64,000 nucleotides of DNA from Burkholderiales bacterium (GCA_035499005.1 DATJZQ010000013.1:12504-76503), one strand, 5' to 3'. Shown: positions 30,201-40,100, counted from the stretch's first letter. Made by a program: numbers and translations. The notes: a model not told the origin generated them from the letters alone.

Positions 30201-30899
30201 CTACGGGACTTGCGCGGCGGGCATACGCTGCAGAATGAGATTGGTCTTGGTGTCGAGCCACGGCGTGTCGCGGTTGCGATCGTAGTAGCGCGGCTTCGGC
30301 ACCATCGCCGCCAGGCGCGCGGCCTCCCACGCATCCAGGTTTGAGGCGCTGCGATTGAAGTAGTAGCGCGCCGCAGCCTCCGCACCGAACACCGCGTTGC
30401 CCCATTCGATGCTGTTCAGATAGATCTCGAAGATGCGCTGCTTGCTCATCACCGTCTCGATCATCACCGTGATGATCGCCTCCTGCACTTTGCGCAACGG
30501 CGTGCGCCGCCCGGACAGGAAAAGGTTCTTGGCCAGCTGCTGGCTGATGGTGGAGCCGCCGGCCACGATCTTGCCCTTCTTCAGGTTCTTCTCGTAGGCC
30601 TTCTGTATGGCGTCCCAGTCGAAGCCTTCGTGCTCCATGAAATTGGCGTCTTCGGCCGCGACCAAGGCGCGCTTGAGGTTGAGCGAGATCTTGTCGTATG
30701 TGACCCACTGATGGCGCAGCTTCGCCTCCGGATTGCGTTCCTGCAGCACTTCGAGACGCTCCTCCATGAACGCGCTGGTGGACGGGTTGAACCAGTTCCA
30801 CCACAGCACGTGCGAGAAGATCCACAACTCGTACAGGAGCACGAGCCCGATGCCCAGCACGAGCGCGCGCCCGAGCCAGCGTCTGAGCCTCCTCTTCAT
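30201..30899 (-). CDS. mtgA: Monofunctional biosynthetic peptidoglycan transglycosylase MtgA
   Basis: Track ORF 30201-31502 trimmed to MKRRLRRWLGR (ATG 30897-30899, ATGA overlap with aroE stop). GT51 motifs AAEDANFMEHEGFD, GGSTISQQLAKNLFL, RKVQEA. Confidence 0.9.
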   Translation of the reverse strand: MKRRLRRWLGRALVLGIGLVLLYELWIFSHVLWWNWFNPSTSAFMEERLEVLQERNPEAKLRHQWVTYDKISLNLKRALVAAEDANFMEHEGFDWDAIQKAYEKNLKKGKIVAGGSTISQQLAKNLFLSGRRTPLRKVQEAIITVMIETVMSKQRIFEIYLNSIEWGNAVFGAEAAARYYFNRSASNLDAWEAARLAAMVPKPRYYDRNRDTPWLDTKTNLILQRMPAAQVP

Positions 30900-31726
30900 C
30901 GCGCCTTGAGCGCTTCGATGACCGGTCGCGTCTGCGGGCGCACACCGCGCCAGACCAGAAAGGATTCGGCCGCCTGCTCCACCAGCATGCCGATCCCGTC
31001 CGCCAGCCGCCCGGCACCCTGGCTCAACGCCAGCTCCAGGAACGGCGTCATCCCCTTGCCGTACACCATGTCGTAGGCGAGGCAGTCGCGCGCGAACATG
31101 CCCTGCGGCAGGTCGGGCGCGGTGTCGCTCAAACTCGCTGCCGTGCAGTTGACGATCAGGTCGAACTGCTGGGCGGCCAGCTCGGCATAACCACTCGCCC
31201 GTATGATCTCGGCCGAGAGGCTGCGTCCGGCGCGCCAGCGTTCCGCCAGCACCTCCGCCTTTTCGACGGTCCGGTTGGCGACGACCAGCCGCGCCGGCTT
31301 CTCGTCCAGCAGCGCGCCGAGCGCACCCTGCGCCGCGCCACCCGCCCCCATCACCAGCACATCGCGGCCTTCGATGTGAAAGCCGAGATTCAACTGGATA
31401 TCGCGCACCAGCCCGACCCCGTCGGTGTTGTCGCCGTAGACCGCGCTGCCCTCGAACTTGAGCGTGTTCACCGCTTGCGCCTCCTGCGCGCGCGCGGAGC
31501 ACTCGCTCGCGAGCCGGAACGCCTCGAGCTTGAACGGCAGCGTGACATTGAGCCCGATGCCGCCCTCGGCACGAAAGTCTTCGACCGCCGAGGCAAACCG
31601 GTCCAGCGGGGCCAGGATCCGCTCGTACACGAGGTCCTGCGCGGTCTGGCGCGCAAACTCCGTGTGTATGAAGGGCGATTTGCTGTGCGCCACCGGGTTG
31701 CCGATGACGGCGTAGCGGTCGGTCAC
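30896..31726 (-). CDS. aroE: Shikimate dehydrogenase AroE
   Basis: 276 aa. YAVIGNPVAHSKSPFIH, NVTLPFK, GDNTDGVG, GAGGAA. Confidence 0.9.
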   Translation of the reverse strand: MTDRYAVIGNPVAHSKSPFIHTEFARQTAQDLVYERILAPLDRFASAVEDFRAEGGIGLNVTLPFKLEAFRLASECSARAQEAQAVNTLKFEGSAVYGDNTDGVGLVRDIQLNLGFHIEGRDVLVMGAGGAAQGALGALLDEKPARLVVANRTVEKAEVLAERWRAGRSLSAEIIRASGYAELAAQQFDLIVNCTAASLSDTAPDLPQGMFARDCLAYDMVYGKGMTPFLELALSQGAGRLADGIGMLVEQAAESFLVWRGVRPQTRPVIEALKAR

Positions 31727-31728
31727 AA

Positions 31729-32595
31729 CTAGTTGTCGCTGCTGAGCAGCAGGTCGCTGCGGGTGAAAGCCCAGTTGCGGGTGACGTGCAGAATATCAGC
31801 TTCCTTCTTCAGCTCGGCAGGAAAAGGCCGGAACGGACCGGCCAATTGAACGATTCTCTCCACGGCCAGGTCGAGGACAGGCGAACCCGACGAGCGTTCG
31901 ATCTCGACCTTCTCTACCGTGCCGTCCGCTCTGATCCCTACCGTCACCATCACGACTCCGAACACCCCGTGCCGCTTGGCCTCGCCCGGGAAATTGGCGG
32001 TGCCGACGCGCTCGATGCGCTGACGCCACCAGTCCAGATACTCTGCTTCCAGCGCGCTCTGCGTGCGCGCACCCAGGAACTTGCGCCGGGGCAGTCTCTG
32101 GTATGCATCCCATTCGCGTGCGATCTGAGCCTCGAGGCGGGCGATCGCCAGCTGCTGGTTGGGCAGATCCGCGACCTGGGGCGCGCGGTTTGGCAAGACC
32201 TGCTGGACCGGACGCGTGTTCGGGTGCGCAGCGTTGCTGCCGGCCTCGAGGCGCGTCAGGAGACGATGGGCTTCCATCTCCAGTTGCTGCACGCGCCGGG
32301 CAGCCAAAGCCAGCTGCGCGTCGCTCGGCATTTCCGGCAATGCGGGCAAGTTGGTTTTCGCCCGCCGGTTGGCCTCGGTATTGCCGCCGCCATCCAGATT
32401 CGCCTGCGCCAGCGCATCGGCCCGCACCGGGCGCGATGCCGTCTTGCTGTTAACCAGCACGACCTCCAAAGGAGCAGCCGTGGTAGCGCGCAACGCGTCC
32501 GGAAACTGAAACGTAATCAGCAGCAGAACCGAGTGGAACACCACGGACAGCGCCAGCGCAACGCTGAACGGCCCATGATTGGATAGCGGAAACAT
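31729..32595 (-). CDS. TonB-family protein (C-terminal TonB domain)
   Basis: N-terminal TM helix (FSVALALSVVFHSVLLLI), central coiled region, C-terminal GVFGVVMVTVGIRADGTVEKVEIERSSGSPVLDLAVERIV. Start uncertain: ATG 32595 (chosen) or TTG 32676 as in the track. Confidence 0.6.
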   Translation of the reverse strand: MFPLSNHGPFSVALALSVVFHSVLLLITFQFPDALRATTAAPLEVVLVNSKTASRPVRADALAQANLDGGGNTEANRRAKTNLPALPEMPSDAQLALAARRVQQLEMEAHRLLTRLEAGSNAAHPNTRPVQQVLPNRAPQVADLPNQQLAIARLEAQIAREWDAYQRLPRRKFLGARTQSALEAEYLDWWRQRIERVGTANFPGEAKRHGVFGVVMVTVGIRADGTVEKVEIERSSGSPVLDLAVERIVQLAGPFRPFPAELKKEADILHVTRNWAFTRSDLLLSSDN

Positions 32596-32748
32596 CGGGT
32601 CCGCGACCGCTTCGGACCGATCGGCCCGGCGGGCAGCCGCGCTGGAAACCGGCAGTGCTGACGAGGCGACAGTCAAGATGATCTATTCTAGGTTGAGAGG
32701 GCGGAGTCTGTCCCAGTACACCTTGGGCCGAGCCCCGGGAGCGGCTAT

Positions 32749-34581
32749 CTAACCCGCGCCGACGTACTCGGTGTGGAACGTGAGCTCCAGAAGATCGATA
32801 TCGGAGATTCTCACTTGGACCTTTACACCGGGCTCCAGCGTCGGCAGCGACATGACCCTTGCCAGGAGCGGGATACGTTCGATCTTGACCAGATTATCCC
32901 GAACCACCTCGGCGGTGATGGTCACGTTGGCTTCCTGCAGCAGCCAGCGCAAGCACCAGTAGCGTTCCATGGTGTCCTGGAACTGGGAATAGATGTCGGA
33001 CGCGATCTCGAAATCGCGCATCACCGACAGCAACTGCTCGCTGCCGGCGGAATAAGGCGCAGGTTCGCCGCGGTGCCAGGCGATGAGCTGGCGCTGGTTC
33101 ACGAGATCGACGTAGCGCCGGATCGGGGAGCTCGCCCAGATGTACTGGGACACCCCCAGGCCGTGATGCCCTGATGGCACGGTGGACATGCGTACCTTGC
33201 CGTCGCTCTGCACGCGGTAGATGCCGGCTACCCCGGCCTGCGCGAGCGCGCGGCCCCACTCGGAGTTGACCAGGATCATGAGCTCCGACACCAGCTTGTC
33301 CACCGGTGAGCCGCGCCGCCGCTCGACGATGCGCACGCGCTCGCCGTCGACGTAGAAGTTGTAGTCGAGATTGATCGCCCTCACCGGCTCCGGCCGCCCT
33401 CGTCCGGCCTCAAGCACCGTGGCGAGCTCCCAGAGCAGCTTGAGCTCTCGAGCAAATGGAAAATCCGGCAACGCAGTGCTCAGGCTTTCCTCGTTGAACT
33501 GCGCCTCGAGCTCCGCATGCCGCAGGTTGGCTGCAATACGCACGCGCTCGAGCACGGTGTGGTTGCCGCGCACGGCGAGGTCGGAGGACATTTCCAGATA
33601 CAGGGACAAAGCCGGGCAGGTCTGTGCTTCCGCCAGGGAATAGCCCGCGATGACCTCATCCGGCAGCATGGTGATCTTCGCGCCCGGTGTGTAAACGGTT
33701 GACAGCCGCGCCGCGGCTTCCTGGTCCAAAGACGATCCGGGCGCCACGCCGAGCGACGGAGCCGCGATGTGGATCCCTATGCGCCAGCCGCCAGGAACGC
33801 GGGTGACGGAGAACGCGTCATCGATCTCGGTGGTGGTGCTGTCGTCGATGCTGAAGGCCACCGCGGCCGCGAGCGGCAGCTCGATCGACGGCACGGCGTC
33901 CGCGGGCGCGCTGAATCCGGTCCCGTGCGGGAAATGCTCGAACAGGAAGCGATCGAAATGATAGTCCCGGGTCGAGGCGATGGCACCGCACTTTTCGAGC
34001 AGCCGCAGCGGCGAAAGTTTGAGTTTGGCAGATGCTTCTTCGAGCGCCTTGACCTCGACGGTGCTGCGGTCGGGTTTGTACAGCAACTGCGGCAGCCGCG
34101 TTCGAAGCGCTTCGGGCAGCTCGAAGCGCTGCAATTGCTCGACGTACTGCGCCTGCAGCAGCGCCTGCTGGCGTTTGCGCTCGACGCTGGCGAGCGCGGC
34201 CTTGAGCGCGTCGGGCGGCGCCGGCCGGTAGCGCCCCTTGCCTTTCTTGTAGAAGTACATCGGCGCGCCATGCAGGCGCAGCAGAACAGCCGCTGCCTCG
34301 CGCGCATTCGGCTGACGGCCGAAGTACTCGCGCGCCAGAGTCTCGTAGGAAAACTCTTCCTGTGCGCAGCATTCCCACAGAAAATCGAGGTCGATGCCGA
34401 CCGCGGCCTCCTGCGCGCCCTCCATGAAGCCGGACAGGGGTTCGACGAAGCGGAACACAACGTTCGAGGTCTTGACCTTGCTGCGCTTGCCATGCGGCGC
34501 CTCGACCTGAAGGGAGGTGTCGTGGTCGGCGAGGATGGCGCCGATCTTGAAGGCGCCCTCCTCCTCGTAGAAGACATTCAT
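32749..34581 (-). CDS. RNB-domain exoribonuclease (RNase II/R family)
   Basis: Trimmed to MNVFYEEEGAFK (ATG 34579-34581). RNB catalytic segment IDDSTTTEIDDAFS, later SSPIRRYVDLVNQRQL. Confidence 0.8.
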   Translation of the reverse strand: MNVFYEEEGAFKIGAILADHDTSLQVEAPHGKRSKVKTSNVVFRFVEPLSGFMEGAQEAAVGIDLDFLWECCAQEEFSYETLAREYFGRQPNAREAAAVLLRLHGAPMYFYKKGKGRYRPAPPDALKAALASVERKRQQALLQAQYVEQLQRFELPEALRTRLPQLLYKPDRSTVEVKALEEASAKLKLSPLRLLEKCGAIASTRDYHFDRFLFEHFPHGTGFSAPADAVPSIELPLAAAVAFSIDDSTTTEIDDAFSVTRVPGGWRIGIHIAAPSLGVAPGSSLDQEAAARLSTVYTPGAKITMLPDEVIAGYSLAEAQTCPALSLYLEMSSDLAVRGNHTVLERVRIAANLRHAELEAQFNEESLSTALPDFPFARELKLLWELATVLEAGRGRPEPVRAINLDYNFYVDGERVRIVERRRGSPVDKLVSELMILVNSEWGRALAQAGVAGIYRVQSDGKVRMSTVPSGHHGLGVSQYIWASSPIRRYVDLVNQRQLIAWHRGEPAPYSAGSEQLLSVMRDFEIASDIYSQFQDTMERYWCLRWLLQEANVTITAEVVRDNLVKIERIPLLARVMSLPTLEPGVKVQVRISDIDLLELTFHTEYVGAG

Positions 34582-34600
34582 AGCCCCGACAACCCAGCTC

Positions 34601-35170
34601 TCAACGCATCCCGGCAAAGTCCAGCACGCTGTCCATGTAGCCGGCGAACGTGCTGAATCCGTGGTCGCCACCGGGTACGACCAGCTGCTTCGCGCCGGCG
34701 TATTTGCGTTCAGCCACGCGATAGTCGAGCACCTCGTCACCGGTTGTCACCATGAGGTAATAGCGCTCCGCGCGGGTGGGCTGGTCCACCTCCAGCGCCC
34801 GCAGCTCGTCGAGGTGTTGCTCGGTCAGCTCGTAGGCCGCGCCGGTGTAAAGGTTGCGCTGCGGACCCAGATAGGCGCGCAACCCCTCGTATGGCTTCAC
34901 CGCCGGGTTGACCAGCACCGCGCGCACGCCAAACCGCTCAGCCAGATAAGTCGCGTAGTAGCCGCCGAGCGAGCTGCCCACGAGCGTCACCCGCTTGGGC
35001 TCCGCCACGCGCAGAGTGTCCTCGACCAGCGCGATGGCCCGGGCCGGGCGGTCTGGCAACGCCGGGCAGGAGAATTCGCCCGCCTTTCCTAATTCTTCCA
35101 GCCGGCGCTCGAGGAGCTGCGCCTTGTGTGACGCGGGTGAGCTGTTGAAGCCGTGCAGGTAAACGAGCAT
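34601..35170 (-). CDS. YqiA/YcfP-family alpha/beta hydrolase (esterase)
   Basis: Track ORF 34601-36508 trimmed to MLVYLHGFNSSPASHKA (ATG 35168-35170, TGATG overlap with the MFS stop). Nucleophile elbow GSSLGG. 189 aa. Confidence 0.8.
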   Translation of the reverse strand: MLVYLHGFNSSPASHKAQLLERRLEELGKAGEFSCPALPDRPARAIALVEDTLRVAEPKRVTLVGSSLGGYYATYLAERFGVRAVLVNPAVKPYEGLRAYLGPQRNLYTGAAYELTEQHLDELRALEVDQPTRAERYYLMVTTGDEVLDYRVAERKYAGAKQLVVPGGDHGFSTFAGYMDSVLDFAGMR

Positions 35171-36465
35171 CACGCGATCTCCTTCGCGTGCTGCGCGAGA
35201 TAGCGCCTGCGCACCGGCTTCAACACCGACAGCGCCAGAGCAGCGGTGGCAAAGTTCATCGCGATGACAACGGCAAATACGCCGGTCCAGCTGCCCGTGC
35301 GCTGATACAGGAGCGCTGCCAGCGGACCCCCGAGGATCGAACCCACGCCCTGCGCCATGTAAAGAAGCCCGTAGTTCGTGGTGGCGTGGCGCGAGCCGAA
35401 CGTGTCGGTCAGAGTGGAGGGGAACAGCGAGAAGATCTCGCCCCACCCGAAGAAGACGAGGCCCGACAGCAGCACGAACAACACGGCGTTGTCCCTCGTG
35501 ACAAGCCACGCCGTCATGGCTACGCCTTCGAGCGCAAAAGCGATGAACATCGTGTTCTCGCGCCCGATCCGGTCGGATACCCAGCCGAAGAACGGCCGCG
35601 TCAGGCCATTCGTGACGCGGTCGAGGGTCAGGGCAAGCGGCAGCGCGCTGAGTCCGAAAACCGCCACCTCGGCCACCCCGAAATCGCGCGCGAAAGCACC
35701 CATCTGCGAGATCACCATCAGCCCGGAGGTAGACATCATGGTCATCATCGCGAACAGGAGCCAGAAGATCGGCGACCGGAGCACGGCTCCCGGCGTCGTG
35801 TCCGCCCCGAGCCCTTGTTTCTGAAACGAGGCCAGGGTCCGGCCGTATGCGGGCGGCGGGCTCCGCAGCGCCAGCGCCGCCAGGAGTCCGACGGCGCCGA
35901 ACACGATCCCATAGACGACCAGGGTGTGCTGATAGCCGGATTGTGCGATCCCGGTCGAGATGGGAAAGGTGGTGAATACCGCACCCATGCCATAACCCGC
36001 GGCGACTGCGCCCGCGGCGAGACCGCGCCTGTCGGGAAACCACTTCACCATGAGGCCGATCACCCCGATGTAGATGATTCCGGTGCCGACGCCCCCGAAC
36101 AAACCGTAGGTCAGGTACAGCGACACGACGTCGGTCGCGCGCGCAGCCAGCACCCAGCTCGCTCCTGTCAAGAGTGCGCCGAGCGACAGCAGACGCTTGG
36201 GGCCGAATCTCTCGATCAGGAACCCCTGCAGCGGGGCAAGAAAAGTCTGCAGCACGATGAGGATGGAGAAAGTGACCTGCAGCTGTGCCAGGGTCGCACC
36301 CAGCGCGTGCGCCAGCGGCTTGGTGAACAGCGCCCACACGTACTGCGGGCTCGAGATCGACATCATGCACACCACGCCGAGCGCGAGCTGGACCCAGCGC
36401 GTTCCCGCGCGCGGCGAGACGGCAGTGTGTGTCGCCAAACTTGGCGACGTGGCTTCCGGTTGCAT
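35170..36465 (-). CDS. MFS transporter, oxalate/formate antiporter (OFA)-like
   Basis: Track ORF 35170-37011 trimmed to MQPEATSPS (ATG 36463-36465, 8 nt after the mpl stop). 431 aa, 12 TM-like segments, OFA-like WFPDRRGLAAG. Confidence 0.75.
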   Translation of the reverse strand: MQPEATSPSLATHTAVSPRAGTRWVQLALGVVCMMSISSPQYVWALFTKPLAHALGATLAQLQVTFSILIVLQTFLAPLQGFLIERFGPKRLLSLGALLTGASWVLAARATDVVSLYLTYGLFGGVGTGIIYIGVIGLMVKWFPDRRGLAAGAVAAGYGMGAVFTTFPISTGIAQSGYQHTLVVYGIVFGAVGLLAALALRSPPPAYGRTLASFQKQGLGADTTPGAVLRSPIFWLLFAMMTMMSTSGLMVISQMGAFARDFGVAEVAVFGLSALPLALTLDRVTNGLTRPFFGWVSDRIGRENTMFIAFALEGVAMTAWLVTRDNAVLFVLLSGLVFFGWGEIFSLFPSTLTDTFGSRHATTNYGLLYMAQGVGSILGGPLAALLYQRTGSWTGVFAVVIAMNFATAALALSVLKPVRRRYLAQHAKEIA

Positions 36466-36473
36466 CGCGCCGC

Positions 36474-37823
36474 CTACGCGCCAGCCAGCGCCTGCAGCAG
36501 CTTGGCATGAAGGCCGCCGAAGCCGCCGTTGCTCATCACCAGCACGTGATCTCCGGGGCCCGAGGCCGCCACGATGGCGTCGACCAGCGCGTTTATGTCG
36601 TCGTAGCAGGCTGCCTTGGCGCCCAGTGGCGCCAGTGCGCCCTGCGCGTCCCAGCCGATGCCGCCGGTATAGCAAAACACGAGTTGAGCGTCCGCCAGGC
36701 TGGGCGCAAGGCTGTCCTTCATCACCCCGAGCTTCATCGTAGCGGAGCGCGGCTCGAGCACGGCAAGGATCCTCGCCTTTCCGACTTGGGCGCGCAGGCC
36801 CGCCAGCGTGAGGTGGATCGCCGTCGGGTGGTGGGCGAAATCGTCGTACACCGTCACATCCTTGACGACGCCCCGCACCTCCATGCGGCGCTTGACGTTC
36901 TTGAAGCGCCCCAGGGCCTCGATCCCTTGCGTGACGGGAACGCCGGCGTGGCGCGCGGCGGCCAGGGCGGCGAGCGCATTGAGCCGATTGTGCTCGCCCA
37001 GCAGTTCCCAACGAACCGTCCCCTGCGGCACACCACGGAGGCGCACCTCGAATTCACCGCCAGCGGCCGGATCGCTCGCCGACCAGCCCTCATCCACGCC
37101 CAGCCGTTCGACCGGTGTCCAGCACCCCCGCTCCAGCACCCGCTGCATGCTCTGCTCCCGACCATTGGCGGCGATGAGCCCGTTGCGCGCAATGGTGCGC
37201 ACGAGGTGATGGAACTGCGTTTCGATGGCGGCGAGATCCGGGAAGATGTCGGCGTGGTCGTACTCCAGGTTGTTGAGCACGGCCGTGCGTGGGTGGTAGT
37301 GGACAAACTTGGAGCGCTTATCGAAAAACGCGGTGTCATATTCGTCGGCTTCGATGACGAAGAACGGCGTTTCGGTCAAGCGTGCCGAGACACCGAAATT
37401 CTCTGGCACGCCGCCGATCAGGAACCCGGGCGCGAGCCCGGCATCCTCGAGGACCCATGCCAGCATCGCGCTGGTGGTGGTCTTGCCGTGAGTGCCGGCA
37501 ACGGCCAGCACCCATCGGTCGTGCAGCACCTGCTCGTAGAGCCACTGCGGCCCCGAGATGTAAGACAGGTTGCGCTCGAGGATCTCTTCGACCAGCGGAT
37601 TGCCGCGCGAAACCACGTTGCCGATCACGAACAGATCCGGCTCGAGCTCGACCTGCCTGGGATCCCAGCCTTCCGTCAATCGAATGCCCTGCGACTCGAG
37701 TTGCGTGCTCATCGGCGGATAGACGTTGGCGTCGCAGCCGGTGACTTCGTGCCCGGCATGCTTCGCGATCACCGCGATGCCGCCCATGAACGTGCCGCAG
37801 ATGCCTAGGATGTGGATGTGCAT
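36474..37823 (-). CDS. mpl: UDP-N-acetylmuramate:L-alanyl-gamma-D-glutamyl-meso-diaminopimelate ligase Mpl
   Basis: 449 aa. MHIHILGICGTFMGGIAVIA, GTHGKTTTS, Mur-ligase architecture. Confidence 0.9.
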   Translation of the reverse strand: MHIHILGICGTFMGGIAVIAKHAGHEVTGCDANVYPPMSTQLESQGIRLTEGWDPRQVELEPDLFVIGNVVSRGNPLVEEILERNLSYISGPQWLYEQVLHDRWVLAVAGTHGKTTTSAMLAWVLEDAGLAPGFLIGGVPENFGVSARLTETPFFVIEADEYDTAFFDKRSKFVHYHPRTAVLNNLEYDHADIFPDLAAIETQFHHLVRTIARNGLIAANGREQSMQRVLERGCWTPVERLGVDEGWSASDPAAGGEFEVRLRGVPQGTVRWELLGEHNRLNALAALAAARHAGVPVTQGIEALGRFKNVKRRMEVRGVVKDVTVYDDFAHHPTAIHLTLAGLRAQVGKARILAVLEPRSATMKLGVMKDSLAPSLADAQLVFCYTGGIGWDAQGALAPLGAKAACYDDINALVDAIVAASGPGDHVLVMSNGGFGGLHAKLLQALAGA

Positions 37824-37839
37824 ATCAAATCGTTCTTAA

Positions 37840-37986
37840 CCGCAGAGGCGCAGAGAGCGCGGAGAAAGACTATTTCCGAAATAAATCTCGCATCGCCCAA
37901 ATAAGAACAAAACCGCGAGCACCTTTGCATGGTGATGCTCTTGGCTTCTTGCGTTTCGCCCTTCTCTGCGCCCTCTGCGCCTCCGG
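37840..37986. repeat. MITE-like intergenic element, copy 2
   Basis: Left arm CCGCAGAGGCGCAGAGAGCGCGGAGAAAG (37840-37868). The reverse complement of the right arm (37961-37986) is CCGGAGGCGCAGAGGGCGCAGAGAAG. Both arms match the arms of copy 1 with only a few mismatches or a single gap (left arms 25/29). Fills the mpl-dehalogenase spacer. Confidence 0.75.
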
Positions 37987-37988
37987 GG

Positions 37989-38894
37989 TTAGTCAGCAGT
38001 AAAGAAGTGGGCGAGAGCCGCGGTGGCGATGCTCTCTCCCCATTCCTGCGCGAAATGCCCGGCCTCGGGCACTTCCATCGGCGCGGGACAACCGCGGATC
38101 TGGCCGTGCAGCGCACGCATGACCGGAGGACCGAGCACGGGGTCGCGCATGCCGATGGCCATGAAGCTCTGGCCGCTCCAGCGCGTGCGCAGCCATTCGC
38201 GCGCCTCGCGAGAAGTCGCCGCGCCGGGCGCATCCGGACGATCCGGGACCAGGTTCGGAAAGCGCCTCACCCCAGCCTTGTAGCGCGCGTCCGGGTAGGG
38301 CGCGTCGTAAGCAGCGCATTCGGCCGGCGTGAGTTGCGGACAGGCCCGCCCGAGCAGCTTGCCCACCGCCATGTCGGGGTTCTTGTTAGACCAGTCTCGC
38401 CAGGCGAGAAAGCCCTCCGGCAAGGGTTGATCTCCGGTGCCGAGCGCCGTGTTCATCACGAGCAGCCGCGTGATGCGCTCGGGCAGCGCCATCGGCAGCG
38501 TCAATCCAAGCAGCCCGCCCCAGTCCTGCACCACGAGGCAGGCGTTGCGCACATCGAGGGCCTCGAAGAACGCGAGCAGCGCGTCGCGGTGGAAGTCGAA
38601 CGTGTAAAGCGACTCGTCCACCGGTTTGTCGGAGCGGCCGAAACCGAACAGGTCGGGGGCCAGAATCCGATGGCCCGCCCGCTCGAACACCGGGATCATC
38701 CGGCGGAACAGATAGCTCCACGTCGGCTGGCCGTGCAGACACACGAACACCGATTCCGCGGCAGGGTCTCCCGCGTCGACGTAGTGCATGCGCAGCCCCT
38801 CGAAACCGCGCAGCGGCGCGAGGTAGTGCGCGGGATAGGGAAATCCCGGAAGGATCGCGAATCGATCGTCCGCGGTGCGCAGGGCAGAGATCAT
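37989..38894 (-). CDS. Haloalkane dehalogenase (HLD-I, DhlA-like)
   Basis: 301 aa, collinear with my recollection of Xanthobacter DhlA from the N-terminus: MISALRTADDRF / HGQPTWSYLFRRMIPVF / FGFGRSDKPVDE / nucleophile VVQDWGG / FMAIGMRDPVLG / AGHF. Confidence 0.8.
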   Translation of the reverse strand: MISALRTADDRFAILPGFPYPAHYLAPLRGFEGLRMHYVDAGDPAAESVFVCLHGQPTWSYLFRRMIPVFERAGHRILAPDLFGFGRSDKPVDESLYTFDFHRDALLAFFEALDVRNACLVVQDWGGLLGLTLPMALPERITRLLVMNTALGTGDQPLPEGFLAWRDWSNKNPDMAVGKLLGRACPQLTPAECAAYDAPYPDARYKAGVRRFPNLVPDRPDAPGAATSREAREWLRTRWSGQSFMAIGMRDPVLGPPVMRALHGQIRGCPAPMEVPEAGHFAQEWGESIATAALAHFFTAD

Positions 38895-38921
38895 CGGCTC
38901 AATCGCAGGGGAGGCGGCATT

Positions 38922-40100
38922 CTACAGCAGCCGGCTCAGGTCCCCGCCACGGAAGCCTTCGAGGGGACGATCGATGCCGCGTCCCAGTGCGACCACCTTG
39001 AACAGCTCTCCCATTTCGGCTGGGCTCAGCAGTTTTTGCGCCTGTGCTGCAAGCGGCAAATACGCGGCTGCGTCCTCTGCGGAGGTCAGCGTCATCAGGT
39101 CGGTGATGCCGAGGTTCACGAGAAAATGCGACTGCGTCGTATAGCCGAATAGCTCGAGCCCGGCGCCGGTCGCGGCCCGGGTCACCGCGGTGAAATCGAC
39201 GTGACTGGTGATGTCCTGCAGTCCAGGCAGGAAAAACGGATCGTCGTGGGCGCGATGCCGGAAGTGGCACATGAGCGTGCCGCGGTTGCGCTGCGGGTGG
39301 TAGTACTCGCGCTCGCCGAAGCCGTAGTCGATCACGAGCAGGATGCCGCATTCGAGCATGCCGCCGATCGCTGCGACCAGCGCCGGTCCGGCTGTAGCCA
39401 GTTCGCTGAGGTAGGGCGCGGGTGGATCGAGGCGGCGCGCTTCCGCAAGCAGCCCGCGGTCGTTTGCCGTCCGTTCGTCCCACACGAATCGACCGCCAGA
39501 CCAGACGACGCCGCGCTCGTGAATGCCGTTTTCGCTCCACGATACGAGGTGCACGGGCAGCGCATCGAGCACTTCATTGCACACGACAGCGCCGCGGAAA
39601 GTCTGCGGCAGCCGATCGATCCAGCTCACGCGCGATGCCAGTCGCTCGGGTAGGCTCCGCAGGCGCTGCCTTTGCCGCTCGGCGAGCTCGGCGCTCACCT
39701 CGAGGATCAGATAGCGGTCAGGCAACGCTCCCGCCATGTCCAGCGCTCGCAGGACCTCTTCAGCCAAGCGCCCCGAACCGGCGCCCAGCTCGAGCACGTT
39801 GCCGGCGCTGAGCGAGACGATATCGCCGATCTGCCGGGCAAGCGTGCGGCCGTAGAGAGGCGAGAGCTCGGGGGCGGTGACGAAGTCGCCGGCTGCGCCG
39901 AGCTTGGTGGCGCCACCGCTGTAGTAGCCCAGCCCCGGGGCATACAGCGCGAGCTGCATGAAACTGTCGAAGCCGATCCAGCCTTGCGAGCGCGCGATCT
40001 CCGCGCAGATCAGCTCGACCAGCCTGCGGCTGTGAGCGAGCGCAGCCGCGTCTAGGCGGGGTAGTTCAAGCTCGGGAAGCTGGTCGGGCGGGAGAGACAA
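38922..40100 (-). CDS. Class I SAM-dependent methyltransferase, DUF185 / NDUFAF7 (MidA)-like
   Basis: 392 aa. GDFVTAPELSPLYG and LELGAGSG are typical of the family. Confidence 0.7.
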   Translation of the reverse strand: MSLPPDQLPELELPRLDAAALAHSRRLVELICAEIARSQGWIGFDSFMQLALYAPGLGYYSGGATKLGAAGDFVTAPELSPLYGRTLARQIGDIVSLSAGNVLELGAGSGRLAEEVLRALDMAGALPDRYLILEVSAELAERQRQRLRSLPERLASRVSWIDRLPQTFRGAVVCNEVLDALPVHLVSWSENGIHERGVVWSGGRFVWDERTANDRGLLAEARRLDPPAPYLSELATAGPALVAAIGGMLECGILLVIDYGFGEREYYHPQRNRGTLMCHFRHRAHDDPFFLPGLQDITSHVDFTAVTRAATGAGLELFGYTTQSHFLVNLGITDLMTLTSAEDAAAYLPLAAQAQKLLSPAEMGELFKVVALGRGIDRPLEGFRGGDLSRLL

